A stretch of 64,000 bases of DNA from Octopus vulgaris (taxonomy: Eukaryota), in the NCBI GenBank assembly GCA_951406725.2, contig OX597839.1, forward strand, positions 310,001 through 374,000, in the 5' to 3' direction. The notes under the pieces are model-generated. The model was not told where the DNA came from. It did not search any database and saw nothing but the letters and a program-made list of their open reading frames with translations. Positions 51,801 to 64,000 of this stretch are shown here, in pieces. How positions within the stretch are numbered: position 1 is the stretch's first letter; every line of letters begins with the position of its first letter. The translations under genes and the position numbers were made by a program.

Positions 51801-54800
51801 GACATCTCCTACCCCATATATACATTTTTTTGACTAATGAGTATATGTCAGTTAGTGTGTTGAGTGGAGCACTAGCATGGTTTGGGCAACCTGGTATGAT
51901 CCACAGTTGGGGCATATTTCCATTGGATCAAATTATGGAATGTACCTGACATGACCTGGGCTGAAAAATTGATGCTGCACAGTATGATACACGTCATCCC
52001 AGACATAAAGGACAATTTCAGATTGGGTCAAAATGATTCTCACCTCTTTTTACATGAATCGCTACCCTATTATCACCTCACATTTTTCAACCCCCCCCCC
52101 CTTGGAACTATGCTTTGCTCCCAGGGGATCAATACTGCCCACTTTGGGAACCACTGGTTTATGGTCTTTCATTTTCTATATTATTAGCAAGTGAAGGCAC
52201 ATAGCTCAGTGGTTTAGAGCATCAAACTCAATCATGAAGTAGTGAGTTCGATTCCTGCACCAGGTTGTGTTAATGTTTTAAATCCGGGTTTGTCCCCATT
52301 AATGGGGGTGGCCAGATCTACCTCACGCTTACAGCAATCGCTCTCACACCATCTTTCCTGGTTTTGGGCATCCTCCCTCCTCATCCCAACCCTCTCAATC
52401 TCCTCCTCCACCTGTCTCATCCACGTTTTCTTTGGTTGACCCCGCTTTTGCAGTTCATTCTCTCTAAAGCCAAGCACTCTCCTCGGAACATGATCCTCAT
52501 CCCTCCTCAACACACGTCCATACCACCGCACTCCTTTCGCCCTTACCAGCTGTTCCACCGATTCCTGCAACCCCAGCATCCCCATCAAGTCCTCAGCCCT
52601 CCTTTTGTCCAGTTGTTTCACACCACACTTTGCTGCCACGGTCCTTCTCCTTTCCCTCAGACACCTTGTCTCACTCCCATACAGCATTGCAGATCTCACA
52701 CAACTCCGTTAAACCCTTCCCTTCGACTTCAAGGAGTATAATAATCGCTATAATAAAATTGTACCCGAGTTAGAATTGTTACTCAGGAAGGGCTTGTCCC
52801 CAGTGACTGGTATAGCAGCATCAGTCAACTGCTGAAAGGTAAGAAAGATACCTTAAATAGAAGCAATTACAGAATTATACCCGTGTCTAGATTTATATCT
52901 TTTATCTATAAATCTATATATTTTTATTTTTATATTTATTTATTTTCGCTCCTCATCTTTTCTTATTATTACCAAGGTTAGCCAAGAAGGCTGTGTTTTA
53001 AGTAACGGGGACAAAGTCATATTTGGCCATTTAAACGGTTCAAACATCACAGCGGGCAGCTTCGCTCGACAGCCAAAATCAATATTCCAATATGTAGTAA
53101 GTATTGCTATTCTTCCATTCTGTTATTCTTTTGTACACTCTTGTGTTTTTTTTTTTCTTGTTTCAGTCATCAGACTGTGGTCATGCTGGGGCACCACTTT
53201 GAATTTTTAATCGAATGAATCAACCCTAGTACTTATTTTTCCTTAAGACTAGTACTTACTCTATCAGTCTCTTTTGCCAAACTGCTAAGTAATGGGGCTG
53301 TGAACACACCAACTCTAAGTTGTTAAGCAATGAGGATCATCATCTTCGTTTAACGTCCACTTTCCATGCTAGCATGGGCTGGACGGTTCAGCTGGGGTCT
53401 GGGAAGCCAGAAGGCCGCACCAGGCCCAGTCTGATCTGGCAGTGTTTCTACAGCTGGATGCCCTTCCTAACACCAACCACTCCGTGAGCGTAGTGGGTGC
53501 TTTTTACGTGCCAGTGACACAGGTGCCAGACGAGGCTGGCAAACGGCCACGATCGGATGGTGCTTTTTACGTGCCACCAGCACGGAGGCCAGTCAGGGTG
53601 CCGCTGGCTACGGCCACGTTCGGATGGTTCTCTTACGTGCCACCGACACTGGTATCACAGCTATAAAATCCATTGATGTTGATCGATTTCGATTTTGATT
53701 TTTGATGGGAAGACAAACACTGATGCAAAGATATGTACACACTCAGACAGGCTTCTTTCAATTTCCATCTATGAAACTCACTCATAAGGCTTTGGTCAGC
53801 CTGAGGCTATAGTAGAAGACACTTGCACAAGGTGTCACGCAGTGGGACTGGACCTGCAACCATGTGGTCAGAAAGCAAGCTTCATACCACACAGCCACAC
53901 CTTTTTAATATTTTTGCTTTCATTTTTTTATTTTACTGGCTTCAGTCAATAGAAGAACAAAAGTGGGAGGGTATCAGGGTAGAGGATGTAAGATCTGCTC
54001 TCAGGAAGTCAAAGAAATGGAAGTTTCCAGGAAAGGATAAAATTCCTAACTTCTGGTTGAATGCCTTCCCAGAGAGCCATGAATTGCTTACAAAACTTTA
54101 CAACAATGTTTTGCAACAACCTAGTATGATTCCCTCTTGACTAGTTAACTGTGTTACATTCCTACTTCCAAAAAAAAAATGAAGAAACAAACAACCCCAA
54201 AAATTATCGACCCATAACCTGCTTAACAACAATGTATAAAATACTAACATCTGTCTTGACTGAATATACCTATAGTTTTTTAAGGTGAGGGCGTGTGGCT
54301 TAGTGGTTAGGGCATTCGGCTCATGATCGTAAGGTTGTGAGTTCGATTCCCGGCGACGCGTTGTGTCCTTGAGCAAGACACTTTCTTTCACGTTGCTCCA
54401 GTCCACTCAGCTGGCAAAAATGAGTTGTACTTGTATTTCAAAGGGTCAGCCTTGTCACTCTCTGTGTCACGCTGATTATCCCCGAGAACTACGTTAAGGG
54501 TACACGTGTCTGTGGAATGCTCAGCCATTTGCACGTTAATTTCACAAGCAAGCTGTTCCGTTGATCGTATCAGCTGGGACCCTCGTCGTTGTAACCGGCG
54601 GAGTCTTTTTTAATAGTTTTTTAATAGAAAGTGGCATGTTCTTTTATGAGCAAAAAGGATGTAAATGTGGGTCCTATGATTGTAAAGATCAGCTACTCAT
54701 CAATAAGATGATCTTGGAAGATTGTCACAAACGACACAAAAACTTGTAGATAGCCTGGACAGATAATAAAAAGGCTTTCGATAGTCTACCATATAGCTGG

Positions 54801-55528
54801 ATTAAGAAATGTCTGGAAAGTATAAAATAGCACCTTCTCTGTAAGTTATGAGATCATGGAGAATTTGTTGACCCTGAAAGGATGAAAGGCAATGTCGACC
54901 TCGGCAGAATTTGAACTCAAAACGTAAAGACAGACGAAATACCGCTAAGCATTTTGCCCAGCATGCTAACGTTTCTGCCAGCTTGTTGCCTTCTGCTAAA
55001 TATTAATAAAAATACATATACTCATGTTTTGAGTTCTATTTTTCCTGTTTGTGTCACCAAACCCTGTGTTGTTTGTTCCTTCTTGAGGCATGTCTGGCTC
55101 ATAAGGGCTGGTTTCCCGGTTTCATTGGTGTACAGGTTCCTCTCCTGGATGGGATGCCGGTCCCTCAGAGGTGAACTGCTAGGTGCAGGACGAAAGAGTG
55201 AGAGAAAGTTGTGGCGAAAGAGTCAGCAGAAGTTCGCCATTTCCTTCTGCCAGAGCCATGCGGAGCTTAGGTGTTTCACTCATAAATACACACATCGCCC
55301 AGTCTGAAATTCGAACCCGCGATCCCTTGATCCCGAGTTCACTGCTCTAACCACTAGGCCATGTGCCTCCTCATGTGTATGTATGTATGTGTGTTTATAA
55401 TTACCCTAATGTATATATGATTTTTTTTCCTTGTGATTCTTCAGTTTCAAGATAACAGCGACAGTTTTGCCAAACTCTCTAAAGAAGAACAAAGACTACA
55501 AAAATATTTGGTCCAGTCCATGTTGTAG
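48898..55528 (+). CDS. FHA-domain protein, TCF19-like; exons 48898-48980, 51544-51730, 52977-53096, 55445-55528 (157 aa as assembled)
   Basis: Exons join in frame: [15 protein letters not shown]...[15 protein letters not shown]...FISRWHCKI...[14 protein letters not shown]...[10 protein letters not shown], containing the FHA GR, SRxH and NGT motifs. The 3' end is uncertain. Confidence 0.8.
49781..50184. mobile_element. Second copy of the ~405-bp MITE, 8-bp TSD CACGTCTT
   Basis: Same TIRs and body as 25718-26123 with a different perfect 8-bp TSD; degenerate fragments at ~23640-23810 and ~48205-48372. Confidence 0.9.
51200..51511. mobile_element. Fold-back element related to 37046-37378, ending ~30 bp before an FHA exon acceptor
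   Basis: GAATGGTTGTATACTGTCAATCTAAC...TTTTTCCTG pairs with CAGGAAAAA...GACAGTATACAACCATTC. Confidence 0.8.
52275..52705 (-). mobile_element. RTE-clade LINE 3' fragment
   Basis: MLYGSET...[10 protein letters not shown]...RGQPKKTW motifs. Confidence 0.75.
53950..54850 (+). mobile_element. R4/Dong/NeSL-like non-LTR RT fragment interrupted by a SINE (54285-54605)
   Basis: [36 protein letters not shown]...[17 protein letters not shown]; the SINE is flanked by repeated ATAGTTTTTTAA. Confidence 0.7.
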
Positions 55529-56053
55529 AAAAAGGTAAGAAATGTTTTGTAGTACTTGTTTGTTGGTGGGTGCAGGATGCAGGCGTGGGTGTGTGGTCAA
55601 GAAGTTTGCTTCGCAGTTACATCATTCCTGGTTGGCGTTAGGAAGGGCATCCAACCATAGAAGCTATGCCAAAACAGACATGGATCCTGGGTAGTTCTTC
55701 AGCTGGTCAGACCCTGTCAGTCTGCCCAACCCATGCCAGCATCAAAAATAAATAATGATGATGGGGTGATATGTATATATACATGCAGGAGTGGCTGTGT
55801 GGTAAGTACTTTGCTTACCAACCACATAGTTCTAGGTACAGTCCCACTGCATGGCACCTTGGGTGAGTGTCTTCTGCTATAGCCTCGGGTCGAACAAGTC
55901 CTTTTACATCTTTCCACGTTATTGAATAATTCCTAAGGTGTTCTATGGAATTTAAATCCCATCTTTTTTAATGTTTGTAATAGAGTTTTTCCACGGACAA
56001 TGTTGTTAGAATATTAGTTTGGTTCTGGTGACGCTGATAGGGTTTCAGAAAAT

Positions 56054-56455
56054 ACTTTCTTGTATGTCATGTTTCCCTTCTCAATGTTGACATTGTTTGC
56101 GATTGTTTATCACTATGTTTGTGCTCATCTTATACCATTACCATTGACACCACCAACACCATTTAAATTTAGCACCATCACCTGCGCATCACACCACCAC
56201 CACCACCACCACCACCTTCTCACGTCACCACCACCTTTATCTCACATCACCAGCACCATCGTCTTAATCTCAAGCCATCACCACCATTATCTTCATCCCA
56301 CACCACGGCCACCATCTTATCACCAACAATGCCACCATCATCACCACTTTTACCACAGCCATCAGTGTCATCGTCATCATCATCATCATCATCTCCACAC
56401 CAGCAGCACCATTATCACCCTCAGTACATAATTACAACCACCACTTTGCCACTAC

Positions 56456-56488
<33 letters not shown>

Positions 56489-57060
56489 ACCACCCATTCC
56501 CGCCACCACCACCGCCACCACCACCTCTGTCACCAACCATCACAACATTGTTCTCATTATTTTAAACATTTCTATATTTTCAGTGATCAAGTTGGATCAA
56601 GCAAATTTATCATTAGAATATTTTGGTGACAGCGATGTCTTTGACTCTAGTAAGTAGTCACACACACACACTTTCTTGTATGTCATGTTTCCCTTCTCAA
56701 TGTTGACATTGTTTGCAACATGCTTATCACCATGTTTGTGCTCATCTTATACCATTACCATTGACACCACCAACACCATTTAAATTTAGCACCATCACCT
56801 GCGCATCACACCACCACCACCTTCTCACGTCACCACCACCTTTATCTCACATCACCAGCACCATCGTCTTAATCTCAAACCATCACCACCATTATCTTCA
56901 TCCCACACCACGGCCACCATCTTATCACCAACAATGCCACCATCATCACCACTTTTACCACAGCCATCAGTGTCATCGTCATCATCATCATCATCATCTC
57001 CACACCAGCAGCACCATTATCACCCTCAGTACATAATTACAACCACCACTTTGCCACTAC

Positions 57061-57093
<33 letters not shown>

Positions 57094-57285
57094 ACCACCC
57101 ATTTTCCCACCACCACCACCACCACCACCACCTCTGTCACCAACCATCACAACATTGTTCTCATTATTTTAAACATTTCTATATTTTCAGTGATCAAGTT
57201 GGATCAAGCAAATTTATCATTAGAATATTTTGTGTGACAGCGATGTCGATGTTGACTCTAGTAAGTACAGTAACACACACACACC
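56054..57285 (+). repeat. ~615-bp tandem duplication (CAC/CAT-rich) including a putative exon
   Basis: 56054-56670 is repeated at 56670-57285 with few differences. Confidence 0.9.
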
Positions 57286-57307
57286 TGCATATGTTATATT
57301 TACCTTT

Positions 57308-58058
57308 ATAAGGACACAGAAAGTGTGCCTAAAGCCAGCTGGAGATGATGTTCTCCTAAGGCTACAAGATACAGTAACACCCACCCTTAGTGGTTAAATA
57401 CCATAAGGACACAGAAAGTGTGCCTAAAGCCAGCTGGAGACGATGTTCTCCTAAGGCTACAAGATACTTAACACTCACCTTATGGCTAACCACTAAGGGT
57501 GGGTGTTACTAAGCCAGCCTCAGGAGAACATCGTCTCCAGCTGGCTTTAGACACACTTTCTGTGCCCTTGTGGTATTTGCAAATACCATAAGGACACAGA
57601 AAGTGTGCCTAAAGCCAGCTGGAGACGATGTTCTCCTAAGGCTACAAGATACAGTAACACCCACCCTTAGTGGTTAAATACCATAAGGGCACAGAAAGTG
57701 TGCCTAAAGCCAGCTGGAGACGATGTTCTCCTGGGGCTACAAACTACAGTAACACCCACCCTTAGTGGTTAAATACCATAAGGGCACAGAAATTGTGCCT
57801 AAAGCCAGCTGGAGACGATGTTCTCCTAAGGCTACAAGATACAGTAACACCCACCCTTAGTGGTTAAATACCATAAGGGCACAGAAAGTGTGCCTAAAGC
57901 CAGCTGGAGACGATGTTCTCCTAAGGCTACAAGATACAGTAACACTCACCCTTAGTGGTTAAATACCATAAGGGCACAGAAAGTGTGCCTAAAGCCAGCT
58001 GGAGACGATGTTCTCCTGGGGCTACAAACTACAGTAACACTCACCCTTAGTGGTTAGC
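57308..58058. repeat. 95-bp tandem array (~7 direct units plus one inverted unit at ~57487-57580)
   Basis: TAAGGRCACAGAAAGTGTGCCTAAAGCCAGCTGGAG... units start at 57309, 57404, 57589, 57684, 57779, 57874 and 57969. Confidence 0.92.
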
Positions 58059-59025
58059 CATATCGAGATGGCAAGTATACCTCACATTGCCGTGCAGTTA
58101 CTGTTTATACCTCGTTCAGAGATTTATTATTGATTATAATTGGATAGCTGTGTTAATTTATTCATATATTTTGCTTGCTTTTTGCTTCCAGTGTGTTTGT
58201 GACTTTATGGTTTCGTTTCATATTTTCTCTTTCATGTTCTCTTCCTTTTTAGGTGACATCGCATGTGACGATGATGAAGAGACGGGATATTCTACAGACT
58301 TGTGATACCATGTAGAAAGAAGAAGAAGAAAAAGATGAATGCTAGTCAAACCAAAGAAAACGTAAGATTTGCTTGAAATAACAGTTAACAGCATAATACT
58401 TAGCTCATCATCATCATCATCATCATTGCTTTAATGACCACCATTCGAAATCGATCAACATCAATGGAAATTGCAGCTGTGATACCAGTGCCGGTGGTAC
58501 GTAAGAGAACCATCCGAACGTGGCCGTTGCCAGTGCAGCCCCGACTGGCCTCGTGCCGGTGGCACGTAAAAAGCACCATCCGATTGTGGCCGTTTGCCAG
58601 CCTCGTCTGGCACCTGTGCCGGTGGCACGTAAAAAGCACCCACTACGCTCACGGAGTGGTTGGCGTTAGGAAGGGCATCCAGCCGTAGAAACATTGCTAG
58701 ATCAGACTGGGCCTGATGCAGCCTTCTGGCTTCACAGACCCCAGTTGAACAGTCCAACCCGTGCTAGCATGGAAAGTGGACGCTAAACGAAGATGATGAT
58801 TCCATGCTGTGCTTACATGCACTGGACAGAATTCTTTGAGGTAGATTTCCTATGGCCAGATGTCCTTCCTGTTGCTTGATGATGATGGTGGTGACAGCAG
58901 TGAAGTCGACTTTTGCCTTTCGTTCTTTCAGGGTCCATAAAATAAGTACCAGTTGAACACTGGGGTTGATATAATCAACTTAGGCCCTCCCACAAACCTG
59001 CTGGCCCTGTACCAAAATTTGAAAC

Positions 59026-59067
<42 letters not shown>

Positions 59068-59583
59068 CTCGGAGTGGTTGGCGTTAGGAAGGGCATCCAG
59101 CAGTAGAAATTTTGCCAGATCAGATTGGAGCCTGGTGCAGCCTCCTGGCTTCTCAGACCCCGGTCAAACCGTCCAACCCATGCTAGCACGGAAAACAGAC
59201 GTTAAAACGATGATGATGATAATGATGATTATTATCATTATTATTATTATATAAGAGAGTAGTGCATGCCATCAAAGTGACACTGGGGTGCAAATACTCG
59301 AAGCCCAATATACTCATCATGACTACCCATCTGATAAGGGTACACCAGGCACATGCATCACAACCATATGTGCCTGACATGGTAATCTCATATCAAGATA
59401 AACAGTGCATGACTTTGCAGGTGGGACCTAGTTATACTTTTCTTTAAGGTCAAACAACTGACAAACAAATCTGTGGTATGTATGGATGGTAAGTCAGGGA
59501 TTATCCTTAAATAATTTTCAATTCCTTTTTGATCATTCCAAGTGCTCCTACAATCACTGGTCTTGTTTCTCATGAGATGCCAC

Positions 59584-59614
<31 letters not shown>

Positions 59615-60617
59615 TTATTATCACTATTATTATTATTATTTAATTTTATATTTGAATAGGGTCAGTGGATTGGCAGAAACAGTAGAGCAGAGGAAAAAAT
59701 ACCTTGAAGTATTCAGTTACAAGTTCAAATCCAGCTGACAGCCGATGATATCATTTGTGTTGAAATTTCAGTTTAAGGATGAACACTTTGGTAAAGACCG
59801 TCCCAGGTGTGTGTGTTCTATTTAAGGGTTGTATGGGGGGATTAAATTATGTTTATTTACTTTAAATTGTTTAGTCATGGGAGGCAGAAGGGGACAGAGC
59901 TTGGACCTTTACCATATCCTCCGGCACCAAGGAGAATGGTGCTCCACTGGTTCAGCATCTATGGGGAGAGGTGGAGGAAAAAAATGTGAGTATAGAGATT
60001 CCAGGGGGATGTAGTTCTGGAGAGAAAGGACTGGGCATTGTATTTTGTGTGAAAGCTAGGAACTGAAGGAAGGGAAGGAGAGGAGATAAGGCCATTGGGT
60101 TGGGTGGTGTAAGGCCTGTACAGGTTGTGGTTCAGAAGAGCAGAGACCATTGTAGTAACAGTTGAAAGAATTTATGGAGTGGACTGTGTACTAGGGGGTA
60201 AAACTTTTGCACTAGTCAAACATATTGTTATTTTTTTTTTTAGTGGGGAGCGGCAAATGTGGCCCAGGATGTTCCTGTGTTCTAGTCTTGACTGATTAAG
60301 ATTAAAGTATTTTCTAGGCTTTATAAGAAAAAAAAACAAAACACTAGTCCCTTGGATGGGCTCCGTGATGTTTGTATATGAAATAGCATCATCGGTGACC
60401 CCCCTCAGATATCTAAGCAATACTGTAATGTGGTCTAGAATGTTTGTGTATGTGTGGGTGTGAGTGTATATCATCATCATCATCATCGTTTAACGTCCGC
60501 TTTCCATGCTAGCATGGGTTATATATATATCAACAACAGTTTAATGTGATTTAATATGATTATTGTAACAGGTAACATTGTCCCATATATATAAGCAGTA
60601 GTGTAATGTGGTGTGTG

Positions 60618-60648
<31 letters not shown>

Positions 60649-61476
60649 ATGTATGTATGTGTGTGTATATATATATATTTATATATATATATTTATTTAT
60701 ATGTATATATTTATTTATATATATATATTTATTTATATATATATATTTATTTATATATATATATATTTATTTATATTTATATTTATTTATATATATTTAT
60801 ATATATATATTTATTTATATATATATATATATGTGTGTGTGTATATATATATGTATGTATATATTTGGTGATGATGATGATATATATCCTTTAAGATTGT
60901 TTATGAGAAACACCTTTGAGCATGCTCATAAAAGGCTCCTATACTATTTTTTTCCAGCTACTGCTTATTATTCCCATCTTCCAAAGTAATTTTATGGGAT
61001 GGTTATTAATCTGGTGCTGCTATAGCGTAGGACGAATATAGTAACAACACAAACTTTTAGATGGAAATTCATAAATGGTTTAATGCATTGCTATGCACGT
61101 TTCCACAAACCACATGCAACCACAAAAATCAAAAAAAAAATGTGCTTTGTGGAAACATACGTAGCAATAAATTAAAGAAGTTATGAATTTCCATCCAAAA
61201 CTTCTTGTTATTATTATATATATTATTATGCCTGACCTTCGAAATGTGGAGTAGATGAAATTAAGGTGACTGAAGAAGGGGAATTTTCCTTGTTTGTACG
61301 TCTTGTACTCTATTTTTTCGTTGTTTAAAAAAATGTCCATTTCCTCGGTTTTGTGTTTATGTTTTCGTTTCTCATTGTGTTCGACGTTTTTTTGGTGTCC
61401 TGTACCCATATATGCATGTATATATACATGTAGAGGTAAGTATGTACATATATATATGTATATATGCATATGTTTT

Positions 61477-61507
<31 letters not shown>

Positions 61508-61684
61508 GGTGCAGTAGTTGCTGTGTGGTAAGTAGCTTGCTTACCAACCACATGGTTCCGGGTTCAGTCCCACTGCGTGGCACCTTGGGCAAGTGTCTTC
61601 TACTATAGCCTCGGGCCACCAAAGCCTTGTGAGTGGATTTGGTAGACAGAAACTGAAAGAAGCCTATCGTATATACACACACAT

Positions 61685-61719
<35 letters not shown>

Positions 61720-62300
61720 CGTACATATATATGTAAATATATATATATATATCACACACACACATATATATACACATATATATATATATACATACATATA
61801 TATATACACATATATATATATATATACACATACATATATATATATATACGTACATACATATATATGCTTATATATGTACATATAGTACATTATATGCATA
61901 TAAATCTATATATATATATATACATGTATATACACATATACATGCGTACATATATATATATATATACATATATACATAGGTATATACATTATATACATGT
62001 AAATCTATACATATACATCACATATATATATATATATATGTATATATATACATTATATATGTATTTATGTTCGCATGTATATATGTTATATAATAGTTTC
62101 AGTATTTATAGTGTAAGAGATTGCTTTGGGCTCACGTTGGGCAAGAAGTTAACAATTTCTGTTTTGGCCATTGACACTGCATGGGCCCTAAGTAAATCAT
62201 GTGTAAAATTTGAACGAAACCGGTTGGGTAGTTCTCAAGTTTTATTGATGCACACATACAAACAGACACACACACACACGTTCTCAGTTTTATATATATA

Positions 62301-62817
62301 CTAGCAGTATCGCCCGGTGTTGCTCGGGTTTGTAAGGGAAATAACTATATAAGCATTTTTAGAGAGTTACTTCCTTTATAGATGTCAATTCGGGCTTTCT
62401 TAGCCATTTCTGTTTTGGTGTCTTCAAGCCATGAAGTCGTTGTTCTAAAAGAACGCTGGTCTCCTTGACAACGCATTACGACGTTGATTTCCTTACACTC
62501 CCTTCCCCACAGCTTCACGAGGGAGGGAAGAAGGAGGAGAAGCAAACACAGGTGCAGGTGTTTGAGCGTGGACGCCAACTCCGCCGCCATCGACACACGA
62601 AAAATTATGCATTAAAATGGAATAAAAAATGATGTTAAATTATTTTTAAAATCGTAGACTCATCATAGACGTGCGCTAATAACCAGACGGGCTCGATATG
62701 AATCACGACTATAAGATACCCGAATTTGGTTAAACTGCACCGCAAAATGTGGGAGGAGTTAGGAATCTAAATCGTAGGAGACAGACACTCACACAACTAC
62801 AGTTTTATATATATAGA
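62301..62817 (-). mobile_element. Non-autonomous Helitron, same family as 39946-40244
   Basis: Minus strand starts TCTATATATATAAAACTG and ends GCAACACCGGGCGATACTGCTAG; it abuts a second Helitron-like 5' end at ~62230-62300. Confidence 0.8.
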
Positions 62818-63447
62818 TATGAGCAATATTGTAATGTGGTTGAAGATGACTATCATATACAGCAGCAACAGTGCCCCAGATATGTAAGCAGTTCTGTAAA
62901 GTGGTCTGTGATGTTTGTGTGCATAACAACATTAACAATGTATCAGATGTGTGGACAATACTGTTATGTGATTTCACCCAGATATGAGATTACTTCGTCA
63001 AATGTAATACTTACTTACTCACATTGTTTTGTATTAATCATCCATCATCTCATAGCTTCGAGATTTCATTGATGTGATTATGATAGGCCAGATATGGGTG
63101 CTTTGAACATAAGATGGGTAGAATATTTGGGCTGGATATGGATAGTTTAACCCTTTAGCATAGAGATTACTCTGTCAAATGAGATGCTTTTTCACATTGT
63201 TTGGAATGAATCATGCATTATCTCATACTCTTTACTCTCTTTACTTGTTTCAGTCAGTTGACTGCGGCCATGCTGGAGCTCCGCCTTTAGTCGAGCAAAT
63301 CAACCCCAGGACTTATTCTTTGTAAGCCTAGTACTTATTCTATCGGGCTCCTTTTGCCGAACTGCTAAGTTACAGGGACGTAAACACACCAGTATCGGTT
63401 GTCAAGCGATGTTGGGGGTACAAACACAGACACATACACACACACAC

Positions 63448-63482
<35 letters not shown>

Positions 63483-64000
63483 GCTTCTTTCAGTTTCCGT
63501 CTACTAAATCCACTCACAAGGCTTTGGTCGGCCCGAGGCTATAGCAGAAAACACTTGCCCAAGGTGCCACGCAGTGGGACTGAACCCGGAACCATGTGGT
63601 TGGTAAGCAAGCTACTTACCACACAGCCACTCCTGCACCTCATAGCTACAAGATTGTGAGAAGCCAGATAATAGCAGGTCTAAACACAAGTTGGATAGGA
63701 TATTTGAGCCAGATATGACTGGTTTAACATTGAGATTACCTTGAGATGGAGATGGCTGGTTTCCTTCTAGCATTGAGATTACTTTGCCAAATGTATTTCT
63801 TATTTTCTCACATTGTTTTGAATTAATTATGCATTATCCCATCATCATCGTCATCATTTAACGTCCGCTTTCCATGCTAGCATGGGTTGGACAATTTGAC
63901 TGAGGACTGGTGAACCAGGTGGCTGCACCAGACTCCAATCTTGATCTGGCAGAGTTTCTACAGCTGGATGCCCTTCCTAACGCCAACCACTCCGAGAGTG

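Noticed and set aside
56060-57311. His/Pro/Ser-rich ORFs
   Set aside because: Low-complexity (CAC/CAT)n intronic sequence with no domain-like content.
57308-58058. CRISPR-like array
   Set aside because: Units are contiguous near-identical 95-mers without unique spacers, there are no cas genes, and the context is eukaryotic.

Overview
AT-rich, microsatellite- and SINE-dense animal genomic DNA. The repeat landscape looks like an octopus/coleoid cephalopod, which is an inference. Five host genes were assembled by hand from splice signals: (1) the 3' part of a TNF-receptor-like single-pass membrane protein whose cytoplasmic tail is built from phase-1 microexons (+, 4664-17475); (2) an intronless B3GALNT2-like glycosyltransferase CDS (+, 29946-31433); (3) an intronless CCDC115/VMA22-like CDS (+, 35155-35811); (4) a six-exon TMEM222 (-, 39443-48105); (5) a divergently transcribed TCF19-like FHA-domain gene (+, from 48898). 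The rest is mostly transposon debris: a degenerate Ty3/Gypsy LTR element, L1/Tx1, CR1-group, RTE and R4-like LINE fragments, mariner/Tc1/pogo remnants, MITEs, non-autonomous Helitrons, tRNA-derived SINEs, and Penelope-like inverted repeats carrying minimal hammerhead-ribozyme cores. The most interesting candidate is a strong splice donor 14 nt after the B3GALNT2 stop codon plus an acceptor immediately before the CCDC115 ATG. Together they predict a spliced bicistronic mRNA for two Golgi-glycosylation genes. All calls are by eye, without database searches or RNA data.
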